The notes beneath the pieces were generated by a model. It was given only the letters and a program-made list of their open reading frames with translations, had not been told where the DNA came from and did no database searches. Shown here in pieces: positions 46,304 to 56,035 of a stretch of DNA of 64,000 bases. Position 1 is the stretch's first letter. Each line of letters opens with the position of its first letter. The position numbers and the translations under genes are program-made. Source of the DNA: Pseudonocardiales bacterium (GTDB lineage: Bacteria; Actinomycetota; Actinomycetes; Mycobacteriales; Jatrophihabitantaceae); assembly GCA_032160665.1 (NCBI GenBank), contig JAVHVH010000129.1:6621-70620 (forward strand), written 5' to 3'.

Positions 46304-47176
46304 TTGGAACTCGGGCTGCATCTACCCAACCTCACCTACCCGAACGGCGCCGCCGCCCTGGCCAGCGACCTCGGCCGGATCGCCACCGCCGCCGAAGACG
46401 CAGGCTTCACGAAGCTCAGCGTCATGGACCATGTCTGGCAGATCCGCGTCGTCGGACCGCCCGAGATGGACATGCTCGAGGCGTACACCACCCTCGGCTT
46501 TCTCGCCGCCCGCACGAAGCGGATCGAGATCCTCGCCTGGGTGACCGCCGTGGTGTACCGGGAACCCGGGCTGCTGGCGAAGGCGGTCTCGACGCTCGAC
46601 GTCCTCTCCGAAGGACGGGCCTGGTTGGGGATCGGTGCCGCGTGGAACGAAGAAGAGTCCGTCGGACTCGGTCTGCCCTTCCCGTCCACGTCCGAGCGGT
46701 TCGAGCGGCTCGAGGAGGCGCTGCAGATCTTCATCCAGATGTGCTCGGACGATGACAGCCCGTACGAGGGCAACCATTACCGCCTGGGCCGCACGCTCAA
46801 CGTGCCGCAGCCGCTGCAGCGCCCGCATCCGCCGATCCTGATCGGCGGCTCCGGCGAGAAGAAGACGCTTCGCCTCGTGGCCAAGTACGCCCAGGCGTGC
46901 AACCTCTTCGCGTCGCCGGACGTCGAGCACAAGCTCGACGTGTTGCGCGGGCACTGTGCGGAGGTGGGGCGCGATTACGCCGAGATCGAGAAGACCGTCA
47001 TGATGCCTCTCGATCCAGGCCAGGACGGCGAGCACGTCGACGAGTTGCTCGAACGGCTGCAGGGTCTGGCGGCGCTCGGTATCCAGCACGTCCACGGGGC
47101 CCTGCCCGACGTCTCGTCCATCCGTCCGATCGAACTGATGGGCGAGCGGGTCATTCCGGCCGCGACCGGCTTCTGA
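46304..47176 (+). CDS. LLM-class F420-dependent oxidoreductase
   Basis: VMDHVWQI, LEAYTTLGFLAA, GIGAAW..EE, ILIGGSGEKKTL. Confidence 0.9.
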   Translation: MELGLHLPNLTYPNGAAALASDLGRIATAAEDAGFTKLSVMDHVWQIRVVGPPEMDMLEAYTTLGFLAARTKRIEILAWVTAVVYREPGLLAKAVSTLDVLSEGRAWLGIGAAWNEEESVGLGLPFPSTSERFERLEEALQIFIQMCSDDDSPYEGNHYRLGRTLNVPQPLQRPHPPILIGGSGEKKTLRLVAKYAQACNLFASPDVEHKLDVLRGHCAEVGRDYAEIEKTVMMPLDPGQDGEHVDELLERLQGLAALGIQHVHGALPDVSSIRPIELMGERVIPAATGF

Positions 47177-47180
47177 CCGA

Positions 47181-48158
47181 TCAGGGCAGCCGGACGACCT
47201 GCGCCGCGATCGTCAGCCCCGCGCCGAACCCCGCGAGCAGCGCCAGCTGACCTCGGGGTTGGGTGCCGGACTTGCGCAGCCGGGCGAGTGCCAGAGGTAT
47301 GGACGCGGCCGACGTGTTGCCTGACTCGATGACGTCGGTGGCTATCGTCGCTCGGACGAGGCCCAGCTTCTGCCGGATGGCCTCGACGATGCGCAGGTTG
47401 GCCTGGTGGGGTACGAAGACATCGATGTCGTCTGCGCTCACGCCCGCGCGCTCCATGGCCGTGGCCGCGACCTTGTGCACCTCGTCGACCGCCCAGCGAA
47501 AGACCTGCGACCCGAGCATCCGCAGCGCCGTCTCGCCCTCGCGGATCTCGAGGACGCCGGCCATCGCGCCGTCACTGCTCCACGCCGGTGCGGCGATCCC
47601 GGGCTCGCCCGTGGTAGTGGCAGTGACGACTGCGGCACCCGCTCCGTCCCCGAAGAGGATCGAGGTGCCGAGATCGTCCGGATCGATGAGCGTGCTCATC
47701 TGCTCGGCGCCGATCACAAGAACGGTCCGGGCCGAACCTGTGCCGACCAAGCCGCTGGCGACGCTGATCCCGTAACAGAACCCGGCGCAGGCCGCGTTGA
47801 TGTCCAGTGCCGCGGCGTGCGGGAACATCCGGGCGGCAACGCGCTGCGAGAGGGGACCCAGGTGCGCGGCGTCGGCACTGCAGGTCGCGACGAGCACGAG
47901 GTCGATGTCGTGGCGATTAAGGTGCGCGTCGGAGAGCGCACGGACGCTGGCGGTCAGCGCGAGGTCGAGCAGGGTCTCCTCGGCGCCGAGTCGGCGGACG
48001 TGAGTGATGCCGGTGCGAAGTCGGAGCCATTCGGCGGTCTTGCCGAAGCGTTCGGTGAGGACAGCCCCGGAGGTGGAGGTGGAGGGGCGAGCTTCGCCGA
48101 TTCCGACGATGCGGGCGCCCGTCACGGGGCGGGAGGAAACGCGCAAACCTACGGTCAC
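47181..48158 (-). CDS. fabH: Beta-ketoacyl-ACP synthase III family protein
   Basis: Cys-His-Asn triad: NAACAGF, PHQAN, GNTSAAS; FGDGAGA. Confidence 0.88.
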   Translation of the reverse strand: MTVGLRVSSRPVTGARIVGIGEARPSTSTSGAVLTERFGKTAEWLRLRTGITHVRRLGAEETLLDLALTASVRALSDAHLNRHDIDLVLVATCSADAAHLGPLSQRVAARMFPHAAALDINAACAGFCYGISVASGLVGTGSARTVLVIGAEQMSTLIDPDDLGTSILFGDGAGAAVVTATTTGEPGIAAPAWSSDGAMAGVLEIREGETALRMLGSQVFRWAVDEVHKVAATAMERAGVSADDIDVFVPHQANLRIVEAIRQKLGLVRATIATDVIESGNTSAASIPLALARLRKSGTQPRGQLALLAGFGAGLTIAAQVVRLP

Positions 48159-48164
48159 GTAACT

Positions 48165-48190
48165 ACTCTGACGTCCTACTAGTCAGTAAC
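48165..48190 (-). promoter_or_regulatory. Palindrome plus -10 element upstream of fabH
   Basis: Minus strand reads GTTACT-GACT-AGTAGG, 4 nt, CAGAGT, 6 nt, GTG start. Confidence 0.55.
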
Positions 48191-48241
48191 CTAATCGCGG
48201 GCGCGACTCGCCGAGGTCGGCCACGGTTTTCTGGGCGGAAC

Positions 48242-48435
48242 GTCGCGTGGCTCGAGCAGCAGGGCCCCTACCGCGCTCCGCGCAGCTGGACGACACCGCC
48301 AACGGCGGCAATGGCGACGGATGGGTGTGCGGGAAGCCCGTCAACCCAACGAGGGCGGCTCAACTATGCGGCGGCCCCTGTGACGTCCCAGTCATCTACC
48401 TGTTCGCCGACAACAACCTCACTCCCAAGCACTGA
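48242..48435 (+). pseudogene. Frameshifted, 5'-truncated remnant of a small Cys-containing (probably secreted) protein
   Basis: VAWLEQQGPYRAP in one frame continues after a -1 shift as AQLDDTANGGNGDGWVCGKP...IYLFADN; no signal peptide or start. Confidence 0.55.
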
Positions 48436-48497
48436 TACCCCGGTCCACCCACGACGACCCCACCGCCAGCTCGCTTGGCAACGGAGCTGTCGCGCAA

Positions 48498-49370
48498 TCA
48501 CTTCACGTGATCGGCCAGCACACCTTCGGTGCCGAACAGCTCGGCGCGCCAGCGATCCAGGAGCTCCGTGGCGTCGTTGTCGTCCGGGTGGAAGCCGACG
48601 CGGTTGTAGGCGCGGATCCGTTGAATGACCTCGCGCGCGAGAAACGGCGAGTCGCGCAGCGCCCACAGGCTGCGGGGTAGCCGCGTCGGGTGGTACGTCG
48701 CTCGATCGCCGAGCAACGAGAGGATGGTGTGCCCGACCACGGCGAGGAGGAACGCGAAGGTCGTGAACCGCATCGCCCGGATGCGGACCCTCTCGTCGCC
48801 GACGGCGTGCTGGAACACGTCGAAGGCCACCGCCTTGTGTTCGGACTCCTCCAACGCGTGCCAGAGCAGCAACGAACGCACCTCGGTCTCACCGAGCAGA
48901 GCCTGGGCCGCCGGATCCGTCAACAGCGTCTCGGCCAGAGCGGCCGTGTAGTGCTCGAGCGCTGCGGTCATCCCGAGCTGGAACCGATGCGAGAAGAACT
49001 TCTCGTTGCGCCGCAATCCGGCTTTGACCATCCGGTCGACGCGACGGGTGGGATACCCCATCTCCTGCAGGCGCTCGTTCAGTGACCGATGCTCCCGGCC
49101 GTGCGTGACCTCCTGCCCGATGAAGCCGGCCACCTGCTTCTTCAACTCCGGATCGGTGATCCGGTCGGCGTAGTGCCGCACCGACCGGACGAAGAAGTCC
49201 TCACCCTCGGGGAACATCGCCGACAGCACCGCCACGACATGGCTCATCACCAGATCACCCTGGACGTAGTGGCGGTCAAGCGAGGCAGGCGGGTAGCTGA
49301 ACTTGATCCGGCGGGTGCGCACGTCGCGCGACGGGACGGGGCGCTGGGCGTAGTCAGGCAGCGCGGTCAT
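48498..49370 (-). CDS. Predicted metal-dependent hydrolase family protein (ferritin-like ExxH motifs)
   Basis: LSAMFPEGEDFF, QEVTHGREH, ALEHYTA, WHALEESEHKAVAFDV. Confidence 0.88.
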   Translation of the reverse strand: MTALPDYAQRPVPSRDVRTRRIKFSYPPASLDRHYVQGDLVMSHVVAVLSAMFPEGEDFFVRSVRHYADRITDPELKKQVAGFIGQEVTHGREHRSLNERLQEMGYPTRRVDRMVKAGLRRNEKFFSHRFQLGMTAALEHYTAALAETLLTDPAAQALLGETEVRSLLLWHALEESEHKAVAFDVFQHAVGDERVRIRAMRFTTFAFLLAVVGHTILSLLGDRATYHPTRLPRSLWALRDSPFLAREVIQRIRAYNRVGFHPDDNDATELLDRWRAELFGTEGVLADHVK

Positions 49371-49401
49371 GCGGTTCTCCTCGAGGTCGGGAAGCGAGTG
49401 G

Positions 49402-50028
49402 TCATTCGGGCGCTCCGGCCGCGGCGATCGTCAACAAGCCCTTGAGCATGTGGCGGACCGCTGCATGCCGGCCGTCGGCGTCGGAGTCCACGGCCTGTTG
49501 CAGCGCCAAGCCGGTGTAGAGGGCGAGAATCGCCTGCAGCGTCTCGGCGATGAACGGCTGCTCGGCAAGTTCGGGAAACGCCTCGCCGAACACTTCGAGC
49601 GTCGTATCGGCGATCTGCTTCGACTCGGCGGCCATCACGGTCCGCAGCTCGGGGTCGCTGCGGGCGGCGATCGTGAGTTCGAGCAGGGCGTGGAAGGACG
49701 GGTCGTCGAAGAACGACCAGAGGACGTTGAGCGCCTTCGCCACCGTGCGGCGCGACGGCGGGATGTCCGCGAAGCGCTCCCGGAACTCCGCCGCCCGCAG
49801 GGCGATCAAGCGTTGGCCGGCGGCGGCGATCAGGTCGGCCTTCACCGGGAAGTGATGCGCGAGGGCGCCCCGCGAGACTCCGGCGCGGCGCACGACGTCG
49901 TTGGTCGAAAAACCGCTGTAGCCGGTTGTGGCCAAGCTCTCGATCGTGGCGTCGAGCAGCCGGTTGCGCATCGCTTCGACCCGCTCGGGCTGGGTGAGCC
50001 GGGCACGAGTCGTCGGGGCGGACGGCAT
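49402..50028 (-). CDS. TetR family regulator
   Basis: STNDVVRRAGVSRGALAHHFPVK. Confidence 0.9.
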   Translation of the reverse strand: MPSAPTTRARLTQPERVEAMRNRLLDATIESLATTGYSGFSTNDVVRRAGVSRGALAHHFPVKADLIAAAGQRLIALRAAEFRERFADIPPSRRTVAKALNVLWSFFDDPSFHALLELTIAARSDPELRTVMAAESKQIADTTLEVFGEAFPELAEQPFIAETLQAILALYTGLALQQAVDSDADGRHAAVRHMLKGLLTIAAAGAPE

Positions 50029-50051
50029 GCCTGGGACCGTAGGCCGAAATC

Positions 50052-50075
50052 TACCGGCAGGCAAGCCTGCCGGTA
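50052..50075. promoter_or_regulatory. Probable TetR operator
   Basis: Perfect inverted repeat TACCGGCAGGC-AA-GCCTGCCGGTA upstream of the TetR gene. Confidence 0.72.
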
Positions 50076-50244
50076 TGTGAGGGCCGTTCGCACGAGCGGG
50101 CGGCCGGCAGTGCCCGGAGGAGTGCATCGCTATCGATGCTCAGCTGTGACATCGCTGAGCATTGACGGGAGGGGCGCGTCCCGCCAAGATCGTGACGGTT
50201 CGTCCGCGCCGGGCGACGAGTGAGTGTTGCCCCGAGGAGTGCGA

Positions 50245-51621
50245 ATGTCTGAACGTCCCCGCCGCTCCGCCTCGAACCGTCGCCTGGCTGGTGCCGGCGT
50301 TGCTGGGCTCGCCGCCGTGTTCGCGGTGACGCCCTTTGCGCATGCGGCTCCGGCGCCGTCCGGCACGAGCACCGCGCCCGGTGGCGCCGCCCCGAACCAG
50401 GCCGACGCGAAGGTCACGCCCAAGGCCGCCGTCGACGTGAAGACCCCCGCGGTGCAGATCGGGCCGGACTTCGGCTTCCAGAAGGTCCGGGTCGGCGTGC
50501 AGATCAAGTCGGGCGCGTACGTCCCGCCGGGCACCACGACGGGCGACACCAAGATTTCGATTCTCGAAACCGGGCCGTTCGCGGCTTTGGCGGCACTCAT
50601 CAATGGCGATTCGTGCCGGACGGTCGTCGGATCGGAACCCGCCGGGTCGTCCGAGACGTTCTGTGACTTCGGACTCCAGGCGCAAAGCCTTGCCGCCGCG
50701 AAGAAGGCTCTCGGCGCGTCGGAGGCGCAGATGCGCAAGCTCGCGGCCGTTCCGGAGACCGACTACCTCGTCTTCCCCGGCGACACCGTCACGTTCGAGC
50801 AGACGACGGTGAACGACAACCTGCTCATTGACCCGGTGCCGCAAACCGTCGGGCCGTGCCTCAACCCGAGTGCCACCGCGGAGGCGGCGGCTGCGGCGGA
50901 CCCGCTGCCGACCTGCTCAAGCCCAAGCGACCCGCTCGACGTGACGTTCAACGACGCCGGCCTGCCGCCCACGGCGAAGAACGACACGTCCACGGTGACG
51001 GCCGATACCAAGAACAATCAAATCAGCGTTCTGGACAACGACGTCACCAACGGGGCACCCCCCAGCCTCAACCTCGCCAGCCAGCCGACCCACGGCACCG
51101 CCAAGGTCAGCAATTCGGCGGTCCTTTACACGCCGGACGCGGGATTCGTCGGCCACGACTCGTTCCGCTACACCCTCACGACCGCCAACGGCTCGTCCAC
51201 GGCGACGGTTTCGGTGACCGTCATCGCTCCGCCGCCCACCGCGAACAACGACTCGGCCAGCACCATCGGTGGCGATCCGGTCACCGTGAGCGTCACGGCC
51301 AACGACGACGCCAACGGTGGTGGCGCGCTCAGCCTGAAGTCGGTCGGTGACCCCGCGCACGGCAGCGTCACCGTTGACGGTCTCAGTGTCGTGTACACGC
51401 CGGACGCCAACTTCGTTGGCACGGACACCTTCATTTACACCGTGGCGACCGCGTTCGGAACGGACACCGCAACCGTGACGATCGACGTCAGCGCACCACT
51501 CGATCTCGCGGCCACCGGCGCGCCGGACAGCGGCCTGCTCGACATCTCGATCATGCTGCTGATCGCCGGTGGCGCGGCCACCGTCGTCGGACGTCGCCGC
51601 AACCACGGACGGCATGCCTGA
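50245..51621 (+). CDS. Cell-wall-anchored surface protein with two Ig-like (Big_9/tandem-95) domains and LAATG sortase signal
   Basis: Signal peptide; PPTA.ND...ND...HG...YTP..GFVG.D.F.YT twice; LAATG plus hydrophobic segment plus RRR tail. Confidence 0.87.
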   Translation: MSERPRRSASNRRLAGAGVAGLAAVFAVTPFAHAAPAPSGTSTAPGGAAPNQADAKVTPKAAVDVKTPAVQIGPDFGFQKVRVGVQIKSGAYVPPGTTTGDTKISILETGPFAALAALINGDSCRTVVGSEPAGSSETFCDFGLQAQSLAAAKKALGASEAQMRKLAAVPETDYLVFPGDTVTFEQTTVNDNLLIDPVPQTVGPCLNPSATAEAAAAADPLPTCSSPSDPLDVTFNDAGLPPTAKNDTSTVTADTKNNQISVLDNDVTNGAPPSLNLASQPTHGTAKVSNSAVLYTPDAGFVGHDSFRYTLTTANGSSTATVSVTVIAPPPTANNDSASTIGGDPVTVSVTANDDANGGGALSLKSVGDPAHGSVTVDGLSVVYTPDANFVGTDTFIYTVATAFGTDTATVTIDVSAPLDLAATGAPDSGLLDISIMLLIAGGAATVVGRRRNHGRHA

Positions 51622-52270
51622 CCCGAGCGAGGTCGCGAGGCAGGGCCGGTCCGGCTGGTGGCACTGCGTCGTCATCGGAACCGACGATCGCCCGTCCGAT
51701 TTCGCAGTGGTGTGGTCGGACCGGCACGCTGACGGCACGAGGCTCGAACTGGGAGCCGGCGACGCCCAACGCGAGATCGGTGAGGACGCCGTGTGTGTCG
51801 CGACCTATGGGGACGAAGGACGGGTGACCCGGCTGCAGGTGAAGCCGCGCGGTGCCCCGAAGGCGCCGCCGGTGTGGTTCGCCGAGATTCGCGAGTCGAC
51901 CGCCCAGCCGCCGGCGGTCAGCCTCATCGTGTTCAGCGGCTTCGGTGTTTTGGCCGGCGCGCTGGTGGACCAGGCCGATCTCGGCAACCTGCCGGTCAGC
52001 ACCGATGATCAGATGGGCGCGGTCCGGTGGTATCCGGCCACGGGTGAGGTCGACCAGATCTACGTACAGCCGGCGTGGCGGCGGCGGACCCTGGCCGGTG
52101 CGCTCATCGCCGCGGCGTCGACGCTGAGTCTGGCGCGCGGTTGGTCGCGGCTGTGGTCCGACGGGCAGCGCACCGATCTGGGCGAAGCGTTGCGCAACAA
52201 CAGCCCGTGGCGGCCGCGCGCAGCGGACCGTACGCACGTCGCCCCGCCGATGACGCCGGGCCCGGCCTGA
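51614..52270 (+). CDS. GNAT-like hypothetical protein
   Basis: VDQIYVQPAWRRRTLAGAL (acetyl-CoA-binding motif A), SDGQRTDLG. Confidence 0.65.
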   Translation: MPDPSEVARQGRSGWWHCVVIGTDDRPSDFAVVWSDRHADGTRLELGAGDAQREIGEDAVCVATYGDEGRVTRLQVKPRGAPKAPPVWFAEIRESTAQPPAVSLIVFSGFGVLAGALVDQADLGNLPVSTDDQMGAVRWYPATGEVDQIYVQPAWRRRTLAGALIAAASTLSLARGWSRLWSDGQRTDLGEALRNNSPWRPRAADRTHVAPPMTPGPA

Positions 52271-52288
52271 TCCGGCCCGACCGTCCGG

Positions 52289-53296
52289 TCAGTGCAGTTG
52301 GATGCGGCCGATCGTGCGCGCGGTGAGCGACCCGATCCACACGACACCGTCGAGCTCGCACACGCCGGTGATCATGTGCAGCCGCTCGTGCTGGGTCTGC
52401 AGGTCGTGGACCAGTACGCCGTCGGTGTCGTAGGCCTGCACCCAGACCGTCTTCTCCTCCTTGGGTTGGATTGCATCGGGGAGCGCCCAGGCGATCTTGC
52501 GCAGCACCGGCGCCCGTGGCGACAGCCGGTCCAGTACGGGATTGCGCGGGCTCGCCAGCGCCACCCAGATCAACCCGTCCGATCCGGTCGACATGTTGTC
52601 CGGAAACGCAGGAAGGTTCTCGACGAGCGGCTCGCGCTGGCCCGCCCGCGGCCCCGTCAGCCAGACCTTGCTGATGCGGTACCCGGCCGTCTCGGCGATC
52701 GCGAGCCAGGACTCGTCCGCCGCGAGCGCGAGGCCGTTCGCGAAGTCGAAGCCGTCTGCGATGAGATCGATCGAGCCGTCGGTTGCGAGGCGGGACAACC
52801 GGCCCGTGCCGGAGTGCGCGAGTAGGTCGGCTTTGAAATGCTCGAGGCCGTACTTCGTCGAGCTCTCGCTGAAGTACACCGTGCCGTCAGCGGTGCGCAC
52901 GACGTTGCTGCAGAAAACGATCCGCCGACCATCGACCCGGTCGACGATCGTTGCCACGCGACCGGTAGCGAGCTCCACCCGCAACAGTCCCCGGCGCGCG
53001 TCGCACACGAGCAGCTCGTCGTCGGCAACAAACTCGAGGCCGAGGGGCCGGCCGCCCGTGTCGGCGACCGTGTCGACCTGCTGCCCGTCGGGGGAGATGC
53101 GCACGATCCGGCCGTCGGCGAGCCCGGCCAGCACATTGCCGCCGGCGTCGATGACCACGTCTTCAGGACCGGCACCGGGCAGATCGAAAACGTCGAGGCG
53201 GACGTCCGCTTCGCTGCGCTTCTGCTTCGCGCGCGGCGGCGCTTTGGGCGGGTGCCAAACGACGGGGTCGATCGATGGCTTCGCCGTTCGCGCCAT
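52289..53296 (-). CDS. SMP-30/gluconolactonase/strictosidine-synthase-like beta-propeller
   Basis: GPEDV, GRPLGL, FANGLAL, FPDNM. Confidence 0.88.
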   Translation of the reverse strand: MARTAKPSIDPVVWHPPKAPPRAKQKRSEADVRLDVFDLPGAGPEDVVIDAGGNVLAGLADGRIVRISPDGQQVDTVADTGGRPLGLEFVADDELLVCDARRGLLRVELATGRVATIVDRVDGRRIVFCSNVVRTADGTVYFSESSTKYGLEHFKADLLAHSGTGRLSRLATDGSIDLIADGFDFANGLALAADESWLAIAETAGYRISKVWLTGPRAGQREPLVENLPAFPDNMSTGSDGLIWVALASPRNPVLDRLSPRAPVLRKIAWALPDAIQPKEEKTVWVQAYDTDGVLVHDLQTQHERLHMITGVCELDGVVWIGSLTARTIGRIQLH

Positions 53297-53326
53297 GCCC
53301 AGCCTCCGCAGATCAGGAACGTTTGG

Positions 53327-53914
53327 TCAGATGGGCGGCTGCGGGTCGTACTGGATCCCGCGCTTGGTCCTTCGCGCCGCTTCCTCGGAATCCAATCGCA
53401 CGACGAGATGTAACGCCATGTCGATGCCCGCTGAGACGCCGGCGGCGGTGACGACGTCGCCGTCGTCGACGAAGCGATCGTCCGGACGGACCTCGATCGT
53501 GGGGTCGAGCTCAGCGAGTAGGCCCAGCGCGTTCCAGTACGTCGTCGCCGGCCGGTTCCTCAACAGTCCGGCGGCGGCGTAGACGAGCGAGCCGGTGCAC
53601 ACGCTCGTCATCAGCGTGCCGCCCTCGTGCAGGGCCCGCAGAGCTACGTGCAGCGGCTCATCGGCGCCGAGCATGCGCCGGGTGCCCTTGCCGCCTGGCA
53701 TCAGGAAGACGTCGATCGGGCCGGCGTCGTGAAGAGTGTGGTCGGGCAGGACGCGGAGGCCCTTGGCGGCGCGGATCGCTTCGAGTGTGGGGGCGACGGT
53801 CATCACCTCGACCTCAGCCTGAGCCACCTCTTGCGCCCAGTGCGTCAGGACCTCCCACGGCCCGACGAAGTCGAGCTCTTCGGCATCCTCGAACAGGGCG
53901 ATCGCGATCCGCAT
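53327..53914 (-). CDS. DJ-1/PfpI family protein (isonitrile hydratase-like)
   Basis: EELDFVGPWEV, PGGKGTR, SVCTGS, TAAGVSAGID. Confidence 0.9.
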   Translation of the reverse strand: MRIAIALFEDAEELDFVGPWEVLTHWAQEVAQAEVEVMTVAPTLEAIRAAKGLRVLPDHTLHDAGPIDVFLMPGGKGTRRMLGADEPLHVALRALHEGGTLMTSVCTGSLVYAAAGLLRNRPATTYWNALGLLAELDPTIEVRPDDRFVDDGDVVTAAGVSAGIDMALHLVVRLDSEEAARRTKRGIQYDPQPPI

Positions 53915-54023
53915 GCACGGACCGTATCGGGCGTGGTGCTGGCATTTACCCGCCTGATCGGGCGATGGCTGGCCAGTAGCGTTCCCGTGGGATGCTCGTG
54001 TGTGACGAGAGCACCGTCATATT

Positions 54024-54050
54024 GCTACTCGCCAGTAACTTGGGCAGAGT
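54024..54050 (+). promoter_or_regulatory. Palindrome plus -10 element upstream of etfB
   Basis: GCTACT-CGCC-AGTAAC, 5 nt, CAGAGT; same layout as the fabH promoter. Confidence 0.55.
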
Positions 54051-54157
54051 GCTAACGAGAAGGTGTCGCGACGGCTGCGCTGCTGGTTCGTCCGATTGCC
54101 CGCGGTGTGTTGCCGGCGGGATCACTGAAAGACCTAGTCTGAGAGGTCAGCGAACGC

Positions 54158-54937
54158 ATGAACATCGTGGTCCTGGTCAAGCAGGTGCCCGACACCGAAG
54201 GTGACCGCAAGCTCGATCCGCAGGACAATACGGTCGATCGCGGTGCGGTGGACCCGGTCATCAACTACATCGACGAGTTCGCGATCGAAGAGGGTCTGCG
54301 CCTCAAGGAGCAGCACGGTGGAGAGGTCACCATCCTCACCGTCGGTCCGGAGCGCGCCACCGAATCGATCCGCAAGGCGCTGTCGATGGGCGCCGACAAG
54401 GCGGTGCACGTGTTGGACGACGCGATTCATGGATCGGACGCCATTGCCACCGCGAAGGTGATCGCGAAGGCGCTCGGCACCATCGAGTGGGACGTCGCCA
54501 TCGCCGGCTCGGAGGCCACTGACGCTCGCGGCGCGGTGGTCCCGGCCCTGCTCGCCGAGGTCCTCGGCGCGCCGCAGCTCACCCAGGCTCGCAAGGTCAC
54601 TATCGAGGGCTCGACCGTGACGATCGAACGGGTGACCGACGTCGGCTACGAGAAGGTCGAGGGATCGACGCCCGCGGTGATCAGCGTCGTCGAGAAGATC
54701 AACGACCCGCGGTACCCGTCCTTCAAGGGCATCATGGCCGCCAAGAGCAAGCCGATCGATGTCAAGTCGCTGGGAGACATCGGCCTCGACGCCGCCGAGG
54801 TCGGACTCGACAACTCGTGGACGCAGGTCGCGTCGTTCGAGAACGCCCCGCCGCGTGAGGCCGGCCAGACCGTCAAGGACGAAGGGGACGGTGGCGTGAA
54901 GATCGCCGACTTCCTCGCGTCCAAGAAGCTGATCTGA
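54158..54937 (+). CDS. etfB: Electron transfer flavoprotein beta subunit
   Basis: VKQVPDT, DEFAIEEGL, ALSMGADKA, PRYPSFKGIMAAK. Confidence 0.96.
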   Translation: MNIVVLVKQVPDTEGDRKLDPQDNTVDRGAVDPVINYIDEFAIEEGLRLKEQHGGEVTILTVGPERATESIRKALSMGADKAVHVLDDAIHGSDAIATAKVIAKALGTIEWDVAIAGSEATDARGAVVPALLAEVLGAPQLTQARKVTIEGSTVTIERVTDVGYEKVEGSTPAVISVVEKINDPRYPSFKGIMAAKSKPIDVKSLGDIGLDAAEVGLDNSWTQVASFENAPPREAGQTVKDEGDGGVKIADFLASKKLI

Positions 54938-54965
54938 CCGAGCCGAGACGAAGGAGACAACAGAT

Positions 54966-55925
54966 ATGGCAGAGGTCCTCGTTCTCGTCGACTCGGTCGA
55001 TGGCAACGTCAAGAAGCCCACGCTCGAACTTCTCACCGCCGCGCGCCAGCTCGGCGAGCCCGCCGCTGTGGTGGTCGGCGCGGCCGGTACCGCCGCCGCG
55101 TTGAACGATCGACTCGCCGAGTACGGCGCGGCCAAGGTGTACGTCGTCGAGAGCGACGACATCGGCGGCTACTCCGTCGCCCCGAAGGCCGAGGCGTTGG
55201 CCGCGATTGCCGAACAGGCATCGCCCGCCGCGATACTCGTCTCGTCCAACCCGGAGAACAAGGAGATCGCCGCCCGGCTCGCGGTGAAGCTCGGGTCCGG
55301 CGTCCTGTACGACGCGGTCGGCTTCGACAGCGACGGCAACGTCAGTCAGCAGATCTTCGGCGCCAGCGTCACGGTCACCGCCAAGGTCAGCAAGGGCACC
55401 CCGGTGATCACGGTCCGCCCGAACTCGTTCGCGCCGGAGCCGTCGTCCGGTGCGGCCGAGGAGGTCCCGGTATCGGTCACGATCTCCGACGCCGGCAAGG
55501 GCGCCAAGATCCTCGATTCGGTCGTCGAAGAGAAGGGCTCCCGTCCGCAGCTGTCCGACGCCTCGGTTGTCGTCTCGGGTGGGCGCGGCGTCGGCAACGC
55601 CGAGAACTTCGCTGTCATCGAGAAGCTGGCTGACTCGCTCGGGGCGGCTGTCGGCGCCTCGCGCGCCGTCGTCGATGCCGGCTGGGTCCCGCACACCATG
55701 CAGGTCGGGCAGACCGGTGTCACCGTGTCGCCGCAGCTCTACGTCGCCGTCGGCATCTCCGGCGCCATCCAGCACCGCGCCGGCATGCAGACGTCGAAGA
55801 CCATCGTGGCCATCAACAAGGACCCCGAGGCGCCGATCTTCGAGCTCGCCGACTTCGGTGTCGTGGGTGACCTCTTCCAGGTCGCGCCGCAGCTGACCGA
55901 CGAAATCACCAAGCGGAAGAGCTGA
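54966..55925 (+). CDS. etfA: Electron transfer flavoprotein alpha subunit
   Basis: [35 protein letters not shown]. Confidence 0.96.
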   Translation: MAEVLVLVDSVDGNVKKPTLELLTAARQLGEPAAVVVGAAGTAAALNDRLAEYGAAKVYVVESDDIGGYSVAPKAEALAAIAEQASPAAILVSSNPENKEIAARLAVKLGSGVLYDAVGFDSDGNVSQQIFGASVTVTAKVSKGTPVITVRPNSFAPEPSSGAAEEVPVSVTISDAGKGAKILDSVVEEKGSRPQLSDASVVVSGGRGVGNAENFAVIEKLADSLGAAVGASRAVVDAGWVPHTMQVGQTGVTVSPQLYVAVGISGAIQHRAGMQTSKTIVAINKDPEAPIFELADFGVVGDLFQVAPQLTDEITKRKS

Positions 55926-56035
55926 CTTAATCGGCCCGGACGGGCCGTCGACCGAAGGCGCGGCGCGGATCGAGGACCCACCCGAGCGAAGCAAGTGGTG
56001 GATGACGAGATTGGTCCTCGGCGGATGATGTACGC

